Source: Flavobacteriaceae bacterium (GTDB lineage Bacteria; Bacteroidota; Bacteroidia; Flavobacteriales; Flavobacteriaceae). From it: a stretch of DNA of 64,000 nucleotides. Made by a program: the position numbers and the translations under genes. Positions 51,301 through 62,154 of this stretch are shown piece after piece; position 1 is the stretch's first letter; each line of letters opens with the position of its first letter. Under the pieces are notes generated by a model. That model searched no databases. It worked only from the letters and a program-made list of their open reading frames with translations, and was not told where the DNA came from. Location: positions 23,286-87,285 of the forward strand of contig JAFMFH010000001.1 of NCBI GenBank assembly GCA_017856235.1, written 5' to 3'.

Positions 51301-52680
51301 ATGGATTACAAATATATTGATAAAGTAATTGAATCTCAAGTAGAGTTTGTCAAAGCAAACTCTAACTCTACTTACTATAGAATACAAATCTTAAACTCAT
51401 TATTGCTGTCAATAAAACAAAATGAATCAAAAATTTATGATGCATTAAGAGAAGATTTAAATAAACATGAGTTTGAATCTTTTTTATCTGAAATACTTCT
51501 TGTAAAAAAAGAAATTAAATTATTTTTAAGAAAGCTTAAAAATTGGTCTCAAAAGAAAAGAGTTAAAGGTTCAATTTTAAATTTTCCTTCACAGAACTAT
51601 CTAATACCTGAACCATACGGAAATGTTTTGATTATAACTCCATGGAATTATCCATTTCAATTATCTCTCACACCCTTAATAGGTGCAATTGCTGCTGGAA
51701 ATGCTGTAATAATAAAACCATCTGAACTAGCTCCCTCAACATCCAGAGTTTTAAAAGAATTGATTGGTTCTGTATTTCCTCAAAATATGGCAACTGTGAT
51801 TGAGGGAGATGCAGATATTGCTAGATATTTATTGGATAAAAAATGGGATTATATATTTTTTACTGGCAGCACAAGAATAGGAAAAATTATAGCTGAAAAA
51901 GCTGCAAAAAATTTAACTCCAATTACTTTAGAACTTGGAGGAAAGAGTCCATGTATAGTAGATTCAGGAGTAGATATAGACAAGGTAGCTAAAAGAATAG
52001 TTTCTGGAAAGTTTGTTAATTGTGGTCAAACATGTATTGCTCCCGATTATATTATTGTCAATAAACACATTAAATCACATCTTATTTCAGCTATCAAAGA
52101 GAATATCATTAAGACATTTGGTAACAAACCAATAGAATCTGAGAGCTATGGAAGAATTATTAATTTAAACAACCTAGTCAGACTTGAAAATATTCTTAAA
52201 GATCAAGTCATCGAGTTTGGCGGTAAAATTAATATAGATAAACTATATATTGAACCAACCTTAATTGTTGATCCTAAAATTGATTCTGAAATAATGACTG
52301 AAGAAATTTTTGGACCAATTTTACCTATTTTATCTTACGAAAATGAAAGGGAACTTAAAAATATTCTAGATAAAAACCCAACACCTCTTGCATTCTATAT
52401 CTTTTCTAAGAATCAAATGTTTATTGACAATTTGATAAAAAATAACAAATTTGGAGGTTGTGTTGTTAACGATACTTTAATTCATTACATTAATCCAAAC
52501 CTTCCATTTGGAGGTATAGGAAATAGCGGAATGGGGGCATATAGAGGTAAATTTAGCTTTGACACATTCTCACACCTAAAGCCAGTGTTAAGAAAAAAAA
52601 ATATGATCAACATTCCATTTAGATATGGACCTTATCCAAAATCTTTCAATTTTATAAGAAAAATTCTTGAAAAGATTTAA
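51301..52680 (+). CDS. Aldehyde dehydrogenase, ALDH3-like (fatty/aromatic aldehyde type)
   Basis: Canonical LELGGKSP and catalytic Cys GQTCIAPDY, plus EEIFGPILPI. 459 aa. Confidence 0.85.
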   Translation: MDYKYIDKVIESQVEFVKANSNSTYYRIQILNSLLLSIKQNESKIYDALREDLNKHEFESFLSEILLVKKEIKLFLRKLKNWSQKKRVKGSILNFPSQNYLIPEPYGNVLIITPWNYPFQLSLTPLIGAIAAGNAVIIKPSELAPSTSRVLKELIGSVFPQNMATVIEGDADIARYLLDKKWDYIFFTGSTRIGKIIAEKAAKNLTPITLELGGKSPCIVDSGVDIDKVAKRIVSGKFVNCGQTCIAPDYIIVNKHIKSHLISAIKENIIKTFGNKPIESESYGRIINLNNLVRLENILKDQVIEFGGKINIDKLYIEPTLIVDPKIDSEIMTEEIFGPILPILSYENERELKNILDKNPTPLAFYIFSKNQMFIDNLIKNNKFGGCVVNDTLIHYINPNLPFGGIGNSGMGAYRGKFSFDTFSHLKPVLRKKNMINIPFRYGPYPKSFNFIRKILEKI

Positions 52681-52681
52681 G

Positions 52682-53398
52682 ATGGAAAAAACTGTTAGTG
52701 AAGCAATTGAATATAGACGATCTATAAGAAAATTTGATCCAGAAAAAGAGCTTGATGTTAATGTAGTCAAGAAATGTTTGATAAATGCAACTCTAGCCCC
52801 TAATAGCTCTAATCTACAACTATGGGAATTTTATCATATAACTGATAAAAATTTATTAAGTAAAATTTCAGAATCTTGTTTTGGACAACCTGCTGCAAAA
52901 ACTGCAAAACAAATTGTTGTAACTGTTGTTAGGAAGGATTTATGGAAAAATAGAGCAAATGATAATTTAAATTTTTTTAAGTCAAAAAAAGATTCTCTTT
53001 CTGACAAGGAGTTTAAATTGACACAGAAATATTACAAAAAAGTTATTCCTTTTGTTTATAAAGATTTTCTTGGAATTCTTAGTCTATCAAAATACTTATT
53101 TGCATTCATAGTTGGTTTTTTTAGAGTTATGTATAGACAGCTTAAAAGATCTGATACGAGAATTGTTGCTCACAAAAGCGCTGCTTTAGCTTCTCAAAAT
53201 TTTATGATAAGTATGGCAGGATTTAGTTATGACACTTGCCCAATGGAGGGATTTGATTCTATTAAGATAAAAAGAATCTTAAACCTAAACTCTAAATCGG
53301 AAATTAATATGATAATTGGATGTGGTATTAGACTTAAAGAAGGAGTTTATGGAGAGAGGTTTAGAATTCCTTTTGAAAAGGTTTATTATAGAAGATAA
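52682..53398 (+). CDS. Nitroreductase family protein
   Basis: AIEYRRSIRKF...L.A..LAPNSSNLQLWEF N-terminal nitroreductase signature. I chose the ATG at 52682, 1 nt after the upstream stop. Confidence 0.72.
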   Translation: MEKTVSEAIEYRRSIRKFDPEKELDVNVVKKCLINATLAPNSSNLQLWEFYHITDKNLLSKISESCFGQPAAKTAKQIVVTVVRKDLWKNRANDNLNFFKSKKDSLSDKEFKLTQKYYKKVIPFVYKDFLGILSLSKYLFAFIVGFFRVMYRQLKRSDTRIVAHKSAALASQNFMISMAGFSYDTCPMEGFDSIKIKRILNLNSKSEINMIIGCGIRLKEGVYGERFRIPFEKVYYRR

Positions 53399-53408
53399 GT
53401 TTAATTTA

Positions 53409-55337
53409 CTATAATTTAGATTCTTTAAGTGATGTCTCAAGCCAATTTTGAAATTTTTTATTAGAGGTAAACTGAATTGGTTCAGACAAAATTTTACCAG
53501 AAGGAAGCATGGCAACGTAGTATGGTTGAGAAGCATTATTAAAATTTATTTGCTGAAAAAGAGACCACCTCCTTCCAATATTTGTTACGTATTGTATTCT
53601 TCCAGATTTATTAAGATATTTAAATTTTTCAATATCTGAAAGCTCAGTTCTATCATCAACATATAAAGAAATTATAACATAATTATTATTTAACAAGTCA
53701 TATATTTTAGGTTTTGACCATACATTTTCTTCCATTCGTCTACAGTTAGCACAAGCCCAACCAGTGAAGTCTAATAATATAATTTTATTATTTTCAATTG
53801 CATACTGTTTACCTTCATCATAATTTTTAAAACAATTTAGCCCAAGAGGACATTCATTCTTTTTTTCTTCAATAGAATAGAACTCAGGCGGAAGAATACC
53901 ACTTAATAACCTTACGTTTTTACTGTCATATAGTCCACTGAGTAAGAAAATTGAAAACAATAAAAATATCCATCCTGAAATACTTTTATAATTAAACTTT
54001 GGTTTACCAAAATAAGATCCAAATAAATAAAGTGACATAGATAGGAAAATCACAACCCATATTAAGATAAAGGTTTCACGCTTTAGAATGCCCCATCCTT
54101 CAACTAGATCTGCATTAGAGAGAAATTTAAAAGCAAGCGCAAGTTCAATAAATCCTAAACAAACCTTTAGTTTTTTTAACCAAATGCCTGATTTTGGAAT
54201 TAGAGATAAATATTTTGGATAAAAGGCTAATAAAGTAAAAGGAAGAGCAAGTGCAGCTCCAAACCCAAACATTCCATATGTAAGTTGAGTAGCACCAGAT
54301 TGAGCAGATGATAATGAACCAGCTAGTAAAGATCCTAAAATTGGACCTGTACATGAAAATGAAACGAGAGCTAGTGTAAGTGACATGAAAAAGATTCCAA
54401 TAATTCCACCCTTTTCTGATTTGTTCTCTGAGCCAGATATAATATTACTAGGTACAACAATATCAAAGTATCCAAAAAAAGAAATTGCAAACAGAATAAA
54501 CACAATAAAAAATGTAAGATTTACATAAACATTAGTTGAAATAGTATTCAATATGTTAGGGTTTAAACTATCAAAAACATGAAAAGGAATACTTAATAAA
54601 ATGTATATAAGAATTATAAACACACCGTATAGTGAGGCTGATATAACTCCACTATATCTAAGTTTTGATTGATCAATAAAATAGGATACGGTCAAAGGTA
54701 TCATAGGAAATACACAAGGAGTCAATAGTGCCAAGAATCCTGCAATTAAGCCAAAAATGAATATTTCAAAATAATTTGATTTTTCAATAAAGCTAGTAGA
54801 TTCATAATTTGATTTATCTAAATCTAGTTTGAGTGAGTTATATTTTCTTACATCATCTAAGGTTACATTTTCAGACTCAATGTTAATAACGCTATTATCG
54901 AGAATTACATTAAAGGTTTCATTTCTAAAAATACATAACTCATCATCACATGAAGAATAGTCAATTTCAACTTTTATGATATTTACATCTTTATCTAATA
55001 ATTTTATATTTTGATTAAAATTTGCTTCATTTTCATAATAGTAAAGATCCATCTTAAAGACATTGTCAAAACCAATTATATAATCATCTTCATTAAATAA
55101 TTCCTCAGCTTCAAAGCCAGAATCAATATTTATAAAACTAAATGAAGTTGGGAGAGCACCCTCATCAGGAGAAAACTGAGAATATAATTTCCAACCATCC
55201 GATATTAATGCTTTAAAAGAGATATTATATATGGTTTCATTTATTTTATTTACATCATATTCCCAATTTACAGGTTCAATATCCTGAGCATTTAAATATA
55301 AAATTGATAAAAGACTTAAAAATATATTTCTAATCAT
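53409..55337 (-). CDS. dsbD: Thiol:disulfide interchange protein, DsbD family (N-terminal periplasmic domain, TM core, C-terminal thioredoxin-like domain)
   Basis: TM core with Cys-containing helices (LLTPCVFPMIPL and SFSCTGPILG) and a C-terminal thioredoxin CxxC (WACANCRRME). 642 aa. Confidence 0.85.
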   Translation of the reverse strand: MIRNIFLSLLSILYLNAQDIEPVNWEYDVNKINETIYNISFKALISDGWKLYSQFSPDEGALPTSFSFINIDSGFEAEELFNEDDYIIGFDNVFKMDLYYYENEANFNQNIKLLDKDVNIIKVEIDYSSCDDELCIFRNETFNVILDNSVINIESENVTLDDVRKYNSLKLDLDKSNYESTSFIEKSNYFEIFIFGLIAGFLALLTPCVFPMIPLTVSYFIDQSKLRYSGVISASLYGVFIILIYILLSIPFHVFDSLNPNILNTISTNVYVNLTFFIVFILFAISFFGYFDIVVPSNIISGSENKSEKGGIIGIFFMSLTLALVSFSCTGPILGSLLAGSLSSAQSGATQLTYGMFGFGAALALPFTLLAFYPKYLSLIPKSGIWLKKLKVCLGFIELALAFKFLSNADLVEGWGILKRETFILIWVVIFLSMSLYLFGSYFGKPKFNYKSISGWIFLLFSIFLLSGLYDSKNVRLLSGILPPEFYSIEEKKNECPLGLNCFKNYDEGKQYAIENNKIILLDFTGWACANCRRMEENVWSKPKIYDLLNNNYVIISLYVDDRTELSDIEKFKYLNKSGRIQYVTNIGRRWSLFQQINFNNASQPYYVAMLPSGKILSEPIQFTSNKKFQNWLETSLKESKL

Positions 55338-56259
55338 TTTTCTTAATTATTAAATCACCTTTTACTTTAGTCATAATATGAGAACTTGATGAAATGAGTT
55401 TTCCTGAATCTGATTTAAATATTTTGATAACTTCCTTATAATTAAAACCAAATTCATAAAAAAGATTATGAACATAAAACTCTAGAGGTTTTTTATTCTC
55501 AAGCTTTTCAATATTTACATTAATTGAATCTGCATGGTATTGAAAAATATCATTCTTTGTGTTTTCCATTATTTCATCAACAAATATCTTAGTTGATTGA
55601 AGGTTTCTTATTGTTGTTTTGAACTTTAACATAACATTATCATCAAACTCCTTTAGTTTTGGCAAAATAGAGTTTCTTATCATATTCCTTTGATAATAAT
55701 CACTATTATTTGATGAGTCCTCTCTATATTCTATAGAATTTTGATAGGCAAAATCTAAAATATCAATTTTTAATATATCAAGTAATGGCCTAAATATTTT
55801 TTTTGGACTTGATGTAATACCTAATAATCCATTTATTCCTGATCCTCTAGTAGAATTTATAAGATAAGTCTCGATTTGGTCATCCAAATGGTGAGCTGTA
55901 ACTAAATAATCAAAATTAAAATTGTTTAAAAGATCATCAAACCAAGCATATCTTAATTTTCTTGCACCTTCCTGGACACCTATCTTATTCTTTTTACAAT
56001 ATTCAAGGGTATTAAATTTTTTAATATAACAATGAATTTTATTCTTTAAACTCCATTTCTTAACAAAATCGCAATCCATATCACTTTCTAGTGATCTTAA
56101 TTTAAAGTTGCAATGTGCTATAGAGAAATTTAAATTATATTTTAAGAAAAGATTTGCTGTAACCATACTATCAACTCCACCACTTACACCAATTAAAAAA
56201 TTACATTGTTTGAAAGCCTTGACTCTTTTATTAAAAAATTTTTCAATTTTATGTTCCAC
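55330..56259 (-). CDS. tilS: tRNA(Ile)-lysidine synthase, short form (309 aa)
   Basis: PP-loop GVSGGVDSMV, HHLDDQIET and RPLL motifs. It lacks the long C-terminal extension of about 430-aa TilS proteins. Confidence 0.85.
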   Translation of the reverse strand: MEHKIEKFFNKRVKAFKQCNFLIGVSGGVDSMVTANLFLKYNLNFSIAHCNFKLRSLESDMDCDFVKKWSLKNKIHCYIKKFNTLEYCKKNKIGVQEGARKLRYAWFDDLLNNFNFDYLVTAHHLDDQIETYLINSTRGSGINGLLGITSSPKKIFRPLLDILKIDILDFAYQNSIEYREDSSNNSDYYQRNMIRNSILPKLKEFDDNVMLKFKTTIRNLQSTKIFVDEIMENTKNDIFQYHADSINVNIEKLENKKPLEFYVHNLFYEFGFNYKEVIKIFKSDSGKLISSSSHIMTKVKGDLIIKKND

Positions 56260-56350
56260 TGGGTAAAAATAATTAAAGTTTAGCCAAATAACTGCCTAAT
56301 AATATTTTGCGTTAAAAAAAAAATTCTGAAATTGTAGGATATTATATATA

Positions 56351-57808
56351 TTGAAAGATACAATTAAAAAAAATTTACCTCTACAAGTAGCAATTTTACC
56401 CATATTTTTTTTGGTAACACTGTTATCATTTAATCTGTATGCAAACGTATTTATTTATGATGCAGATCCCTTAGCTGGATCAAGTCAATTTATTCTTATA
56501 CTAAGTGGTGCTTTTGCAGGTATGATTGGTTATCAATATAATGTTTCTTATAAGCATATAATTTATAGCATCTCAAATAGTATTAAATCTGTTACACCCG
56601 CACTAATAATATTGTTATGGGTGGGTGCTCTAGCTGGAACATGGATGATTAGTGGCATTATTCCTTCAATGGTCTACTTCGGACTAAAAATTCTTGATCC
56701 TAATATTTTTTTACCTGCATGTATAATTATATGTTCAATTATTTCAGTTGCAACTGGAAGTAGCTGGACAACATCAGCTACAGTCGGTATTGCCCTAGTA
56801 GGTATTGGTAAAGCGCTTGGAATACCTTCAGGAATGGTAGGAGGAGCTGTAATAGCTGGTGCTTATTTTGGAGATAAATTATCTCCTTTAAGTGACACAA
56901 CAAATTTAGCTGCTGCTATTTCAAAAGTAGATTTATTTAAACACATTAAATATTTAACTCACACTACAATTCCAAGTATTTCAATTACTTTAATTGTGTT
57001 TATTATACTTGGGATTAATCAAACATCTAACGGAGTTACTGACAACTCAATTTTGATAGAAACTATTGAAAATACATTCAATATTTCTTTAATACTATTT
57101 ATCGTTCCTGTAATTGTGTTAATAATGATTGTAAAAAAAATTCCACCAATAAGAGCTCTTACTATAGGAACACTTTTGGGAGCATTATTTGCTATTTTTT
57201 TTCAACCTCAAATAATAAATGAGCTTTCAGATTCTTCTAATGGCTCTTTAATATCTTCATACAAGGTGATAATAGATACTATAACTAGTAGTGTATCTAT
57301 AACTACAGATAGTGAAATTTTAAATGAGCTTTTTTCTACTGGTGGAATGATTGGAATGTTAAATACTATTTTTTTGGTTATGGCAACAATGATTTTTGGA
57401 GGTTCTATGGATGCAATTGGTGCTATTAAATCAATAAGTAAAGCATTATTAAATTGGGCTAATAATATTTTTAAATTATTTGCTAGTACTGTTGCATCAT
57501 GCTTAGCTTTAAATTTAACAGCTTCTGACCAGTATCTGTCAATTGTTGTTTCGGGTAAAATGTTTGAAAAAGCATTTAAGGACAAAGAGCTAGCTCCTGA
57601 AAATCTAAGTAGAACTTTGGAGGATTCCGCTACAGTAACTTCTGCTTTAATTCCTTGGAATTCATGTGGAGCATATCACTCATCTGTTTTAGGTGTTAGT
57701 GTTGGAGAGTACTTTATATATGCAGTATTTAACTGGATTAGTCCGTTTATGACTTTGCTATTTGCAGCTTTTAGAATAAAAATTAGGACTTTAGCAGACA
57801 AAAACTAA
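56351..57808 (+). CDS. nhaC: Na+/H+ antiporter, NhaC family (TTG start)
   Basis: 485-aa polytopic protein (about 11-12 TM) with NhaC-like segments (GSSWTTSATVGIAL, FGDKLSPLSDTTNLA, IPWNSCGAY). Confidence 0.82.
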   Translation: MKDTIKKNLPLQVAILPIFFLVTLLSFNLYANVFIYDADPLAGSSQFILILSGAFAGMIGYQYNVSYKHIIYSISNSIKSVTPALIILLWVGALAGTWMISGIIPSMVYFGLKILDPNIFLPACIIICSIISVATGSSWTTSATVGIALVGIGKALGIPSGMVGGAVIAGAYFGDKLSPLSDTTNLAAAISKVDLFKHIKYLTHTTIPSISITLIVFIILGINQTSNGVTDNSILIETIENTFNISLILFIVPVIVLIMIVKKIPPIRALTIGTLLGALFAIFFQPQIINELSDSSNGSLISSYKVIIDTITSSVSITTDSEILNELFSTGGMIGMLNTIFLVMATMIFGGSMDAIGAIKSISKALLNWANNIFKLFASTVASCLALNLTASDQYLSIVVSGKMFEKAFKDKELAPENLSRTLEDSATVTSALIPWNSCGAYHSSVLGVSVGEYFIYAVFNWISPFMTLLFAAFRIKIRTLADKN

Positions 57809-57827
57809 TTATCTAATCTCATATTTG

Positions 57828-57835
57828 TATTTTTG
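57828..57835 (+). promoter_or_regulatory. Candidate -7 promoter box TATTTTTG upstream of ftsK
   Basis: Exact TAnnTTTG match, 17 nt upstream of the ftsK ATG (57853). Confidence 0.3.
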
Positions 57836-57852
57836 TTTAATACAAAACTTTT

Positions 57853-60111
57853 ATGAATAGCAAGAATAAAGCTAATAAGAGTAAGTTTAAAGTTGTATTT
57901 GGATATATTCTATTATTCTTATCCTTATTCCTGTTTACTTCATTTACTTCCTACCTTTTTAATTGGAAAGTAGATCAAAGTAATGTAAACATGATCTTTG
58001 ACAGGGATGTTGAGGTTGAAAATATTCTAGGAAAAACTGGTGCTTATATAAGTCACCTTTTTATTTATAAACTCTTTGGAATTTCTAGTTTTGTTCTTCC
58101 CATAATTCTGTTTATGTCTTCTTATTATTTGTTATTTAATAAAAAAATATTTGATCTTTTTGGTAAGATTAATTGGTTTTTACTATTGTTAATTTGGACA
58201 ACAATTTTGAGTGGTTACTTAAGGAATTATTTGCCGATTCAATCTGGACTTGTTGGATTTGAAGTTAATTTATTTTTAGAATCCTATTTAGGGAGTATAG
58301 GTATACTTCTAATACTTTTCTTTTCATTTATAATTTCAATAGCAATATTATTTAATATAACTCCATCAAGCACTATAGATATAATAACAAATTTATTTAA
58401 AGCAAAAGAGTCAGATATTATAAATTCCGAATTAGATCTAAAAGAGGATTATATTGGTGAAGATGAATCTTCTCATGATCTAGTTGAAGTTGACCATGAA
58501 CCAGATAATAATATTGACTCTGATAATATTTCAATTGAAGTTGAGGAAATAAATGAAGAAGAAAAATCAACAAAAAATATTGATTTTTCTAATGTAAATT
58601 CTAAAAAATTTGACCCTACTCTTGATTTAAGAAATTTCAAGAACCCCAATACTGAAATTCTTAAAGAGTATGGAGATGGAACAATTAAAATAGATCAGGA
58701 AGAGCTTGAATCAAATAAAAATCGAATTGTTGATACACTTAAAAACTATAATATTGGAATTAAGCAAATAAAGGCGACAATAGGTCCAACAGTAACTCTT
58801 TATGAGATTATTCCAGATGCTGGAATTCGTATATCAAAGATTAAAAACCTTGAGGATGATATAGCGTTATCACTTTCAGCTCTTGGAATTAGAATTATAG
58901 CACCAATTCCTGGAAAAGGTACAATAGGTATTGAAGTTCCAAATAAAAAGAAATCAATTGTATCAATGAAATCTCTATTGTCCTCAAAAAAATTCATTGA
59001 ATCAGATATGGAACTTCCCATTGCTCTTGGAAAAACTATTAGTAATGAGACTTTCATTGTTGATTTAACAAAAATGCCCCACTTGCTTATGGCTGGTGCT
59101 ACTGGACAAGGTAAGTCTGTTGGAATAAATGCTATTTTGACCTCTATACTTTATAAAAAACATCCTGCAGAAGTTAAGTTTGTTTTAGTTGATCCAAAAA
59201 AAATTGAACTATCAATTTTTAATAAAATTGAAAGACATTATTTAGCAAAACTTCCAGAGTCTGATGATGCTATTATAATTGAAAATGATAAAGTAATCAA
59301 TACCCTTAATTCGCTATGTAGAGAAATGGATAAAAGATATGAGCTTCTTAAAGATGCAATGACAAGAAATATTAAAGAGTATAATGAGAAGTTTATTTCG
59401 AGAAAATTAAATCCGGAAAATGGTCATACCTTTTTACCTTATATAGTCCTGGTTATTGATGAATTTGCAGATTTAATTATGACAGCTGGAAAAGAAGTTG
59501 AGACACCTCTTGCACGACTAGCACAGTTATCAAGAGCAGTAGGGATTCATTTAATTATTGCTACCCAGAGACCATCTGTGAATGTTATAACAGGATTAAT
59601 TAAGGCAAATTTTCCTGCAAGGATAGCATTTAGAGTAACTTCTAAAATTGACTCTAGAACAATTTTAGATACTGGAGGTGCTGAGCAACTAATTGGTAGA
59701 GGAGATCTTCTTTATTCACAATCAAACGATTTAACAAGGATTCAATGTGGTTTTATTGATACATCTGAAGTTGAAAAATTATCTGAATATATTGGTTCTC
59801 AAACAGGTTATGCATCTGCTTATATTCTACCTGAGTTTTCAAAAGATGAGAATAGCGAATCTTCAAACATATCAATTGAAGATAGGGATTCTATGTTTGA
59901 TGAAGCAGCCAGAGTTATTGTAGTAAATCAACAAGGATCTGCTTCATTACTTCAAAGAAAGTTAAAACTAGGCTATAATAGAGCTGGAAGGCTAATTGAT
60001 CAAATGGAAGATGCTGGTATTGTTGGGCCATTTGAAGGAAGCAAACCAAGACAAGTTTTAATCTCAGACTTAAACTCTTTAGAAAGTTTACTAGGTGAAA
60101 TCAGGAATTAA
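57853..60111 (+). CDS. ftsK: DNA translocase FtsK/SpoIIIE
   Basis: N-terminal TM helices and an acidic linker. Motor domain with Walker A GATGQGKS and Walker B VIDEFADL. C-terminal gamma wHTH (LLQRKLKLGYNRAGRLIDQME). Confidence 0.94.
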   Translation: MNSKNKANKSKFKVVFGYILLFLSLFLFTSFTSYLFNWKVDQSNVNMIFDRDVEVENILGKTGAYISHLFIYKLFGISSFVLPIILFMSSYYLLFNKKIFDLFGKINWFLLLLIWTTILSGYLRNYLPIQSGLVGFEVNLFLESYLGSIGILLILFFSFIISIAILFNITPSSTIDIITNLFKAKESDIINSELDLKEDYIGEDESSHDLVEVDHEPDNNIDSDNISIEVEEINEEEKSTKNIDFSNVNSKKFDPTLDLRNFKNPNTEILKEYGDGTIKIDQEELESNKNRIVDTLKNYNIGIKQIKATIGPTVTLYEIIPDAGIRISKIKNLEDDIALSLSALGIRIIAPIPGKGTIGIEVPNKKKSIVSMKSLLSSKKFIESDMELPIALGKTISNETFIVDLTKMPHLLMAGATGQGKSVGINAILTSILYKKHPAEVKFVLVDPKKIELSIFNKIERHYLAKLPESDDAIIIENDKVINTLNSLCREMDKRYELLKDAMTRNIKEYNEKFISRKLNPENGHTFLPYIVLVIDEFADLIMTAGKEVETPLARLAQLSRAVGIHLIIATQRPSVNVITGLIKANFPARIAFRVTSKIDSRTILDTGGAEQLIGRGDLLYSQSNDLTRIQCGFIDTSEVEKLSEYIGSQTGYASAYILPEFSKDENSESSNISIEDRDSMFDEAARVIVVNQQGSASLLQRKLKLGYNRAGRLIDQMEDAGIVGPFEGSKPRQVLISDLNSLESLLGEIRN

Positions 60112-60718
60112 TTTTAATAAATTTCTACTAATATGTTTATTTAGTCTTTATAGTCTAAATGGACAAAAAAAGGGAATTCAAATATTAGAAGAAGTAATGA
60201 ATAATTCAATGAATATTGAAGATTCTAATTATAGATTTATAATTACATCAGAAAGCGAAAATGATTTCTTCCCAATAAGTGGAGAACTATATATAAAAAA
60301 GGAAAAGTATTTTATTGATACTGAAGAAATAGATCAAATTTATGATGGAAATAAGCTTTATACAATTATTCATGAAAATGAAGAAGTAATTATCACATCT
60401 GATTCAAACACTTTTTTTAATTTCACTCCTAAACAAGTTTTTAATTTTTTTAAAGATGACTTTGAAATAGAAATAAAAGAAACTCAAGATGTTTCTCATT
60501 ATTTGATTGCTCGGAATTTAGTAAAAGAAAATTTGGTATACAGAATAATTATTGATTCTAAATTGTTATCAATAAAAAGAATTGAAATTAGAAATAAAGA
60601 TGATCTAACTTTAAGTAGATTTTTAACATTAAGTTATAAATTCAATTTATCTCTTCCATCTTCTTTATTTAAATTTGATAAAAATAAGTTTAAAGATTAT
60701 ATAATAATTGAAAATTGA
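60095..60718 (+). CDS. lolA: LolA-like outer-membrane lipoprotein carrier family protein (GTG start)
   Basis: Signal peptide and about 200-aa beta-rich sequence. It sits immediately after ftsK, as is common in Bacteroidota. The assignment is mainly by size, context and weak pattern similarity. Confidence 0.55.
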   Translation: MKSGINFNKFLLICLFSLYSLNGQKKGIQILEEVMNNSMNIEDSNYRFIITSESENDFFPISGELYIKKEKYFIDTEEIDQIYDGNKLYTIIHENEEVIITSDSNTFFNFTPKQVFNFFKDDFEIEIKETQDVSHYLIARNLVKENLVYRIIIDSKLLSIKRIEIRNKDDLTLSRFLTLSYKFNLSLPSSLFKFDKNKFKDYIIIEN

Positions 60719-62154
60719 AAATTTTAGACAAATACATATTAAAGTTTTACTTAAATAGATTTTTAGGTGTGTTTGCTATTTGTTTTATAATATTTATAAT
60801 TCAAACATTTTGGCTTTATATAGATGAGCTTGCAGGTAAGGGTTTAGATATAATTACAATAGGAAAGTTTTTCTTATACTTCTCACCTAAGTTAGTTCCA
60901 TTAGTTCTACCATTATCTATATTACTCGCATCACTTATTACTTATGGTACTCTTTCTGAAAACTATGAATTTATAGCAATGAAATCTAATGGTATTTCAA
61001 TTGTCAGAAGTATGATAGCATTATTTATTTTTCATGTTTTTTTAGGTATAGGATCATTTTATTTTTCAAATCATGTAGCAACATTAGGAGAGGTCAAATC
61101 ATATAACTTAAGAAAGAATCTGGCCAAATTAAAACCCACATTAAGTATTAGAGAAGGAATATTCAATGATATTGGTGATTTAAATATTAAAGTTTCTAGA
61201 AAGTATGGTGATAATGAACAGTTTCTAGAGGATATAATACTTCATTCAATTTCTGAAGATCAAATTAATAGAATTGTTATGAAGGCTGAAACAGGAGAGG
61301 TAAGAAATTTAAATGATAATTATCTTCAGTTAGTATTAAGAAATGGTAATAGATATGAAGATTTAAATCCATCCTCTGCTGCAGACAAACAAAAACATCC
61401 CCATTCTAAAGCTTCATTTGACGAATATATTTTAAACATTGACATTTCAGATTTTAATAATGTTAATCTTGATGAAGAAAATTATAAGTCAACTTATAAA
61501 ATGCAAAAAATTAACCAACTTAAAACTAGTTCTGATACTTTGGAAATTATGTTTGATAAAGATTTTGAAGTATTTGTGCAAAAATTCTTAATTGGTCATA
61601 CCATGAGAAAACTTCCAAACTTATATCCAGATCAAATTCAGAATTTGAATTATAATTTAAATTCATCTTTTTTAGATATTATTAGTGATCCCAAACCATA
61701 TGAACTTAATAGTATTCTTAATAGGGCAGATAATGAAGTAGATATCTATTTAAGACAACTTGATAATAAAAAAAAGAGCTTCTTTTTACAACAAAAACTT
61801 ATTAATCTCCACAAGCTTACCATCAATGAAAGATATAGCATAATCTTTGCATGTATATTTTTGTTTTTAATAGGTGCATCACTTGGAGCAATTATAAGAA
61901 AGGGAGGTTTAGGCTTACCTTTAGTATTATCAATTGTAATATTCCTTACATATCATTATATAGGTGTTTTTGGAAAGAACGCTGCAGAAGACAATTCGTT
62001 AAGTCCATTCATTGGAAGTTGGATTTCAACTTTTGTAATTGCTCCATTTGCAATTTATTTAACTAGAATTGTTTCAATGGATAGAGGTTTTAATTTTACT
62101 TTCTTTGATAGACTTTACTTAATTTTTAAAAAAAAAATAAGTAAGAATGAATAA
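60715..62154 (+). CDS. LptF/LptG-family permease (YjgP/YjgQ) (TTG start)
   Basis: MKILDKYILKFYL N-terminus typical of the family, three TM, a large periplasmic insert, then three TM. 479 aa. Confidence 0.8.
   Translation: MKILDKYILKFYLNRFLGVFAICFIIFIIQTFWLYIDELAGKGLDIITIGKFFLYFSPKLVPLVLPLSILLASLITYGTLSENYEFIAMKSNGISIVRSMIALFIFHVFLGIGSFYFSNHVATLGEVKSYNLRKNLAKLKPTLSIREGIFNDIGDLNIKVSRKYGDNEQFLEDIILHSISEDQINRIVMKAETGEVRNLNDNYLQLVLRNGNRYEDLNPSSAADKQKHPHSKASFDEYILNIDISDFNNVNLDEENYKSTYKMQKINQLKTSSDTLEIMFDKDFEVFVQKFLIGHTMRKLPNLYPDQIQNLNYNLNSSFLDIISDPKPYELNSILNRADNEVDIYLRQLDNKKKSFFLQQKLINLHKLTINERYSIIFACIFLFLIGASLGAIIRKGGLGLPLVLSIVIFLTYHYIGVFGKNAAEDNSLSPFIGSWISTFVIAPFAIYLTRIVSMDRGFNFTFFDRLYLIFKKKISKNE

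Noticed and set aside
53285-53536. 83-aa minus-strand ORF bridging the end of the nitroreductase gene and the end of dsbD. A similar ORF lies at 52588-52770.
   Set aside because: It overlaps two well-supported convergent or adjacent genes and has no independent signal. It is a chance ORF.
57809-57852. TTTTGT-ttaat-ACAAAA hairpin after nhaC as an intrinsic terminator. Similar weak A/T stems follow rplT (23236-23295) and the thioesterase (31483-31547).
   Set aside because: The stems are 6-7 bp, almost all A-T, and lack a proper downstream T-tract, so they cannot be distinguished from background in this composition. The nhaC one also overlaps the ftsK promoter-like box.
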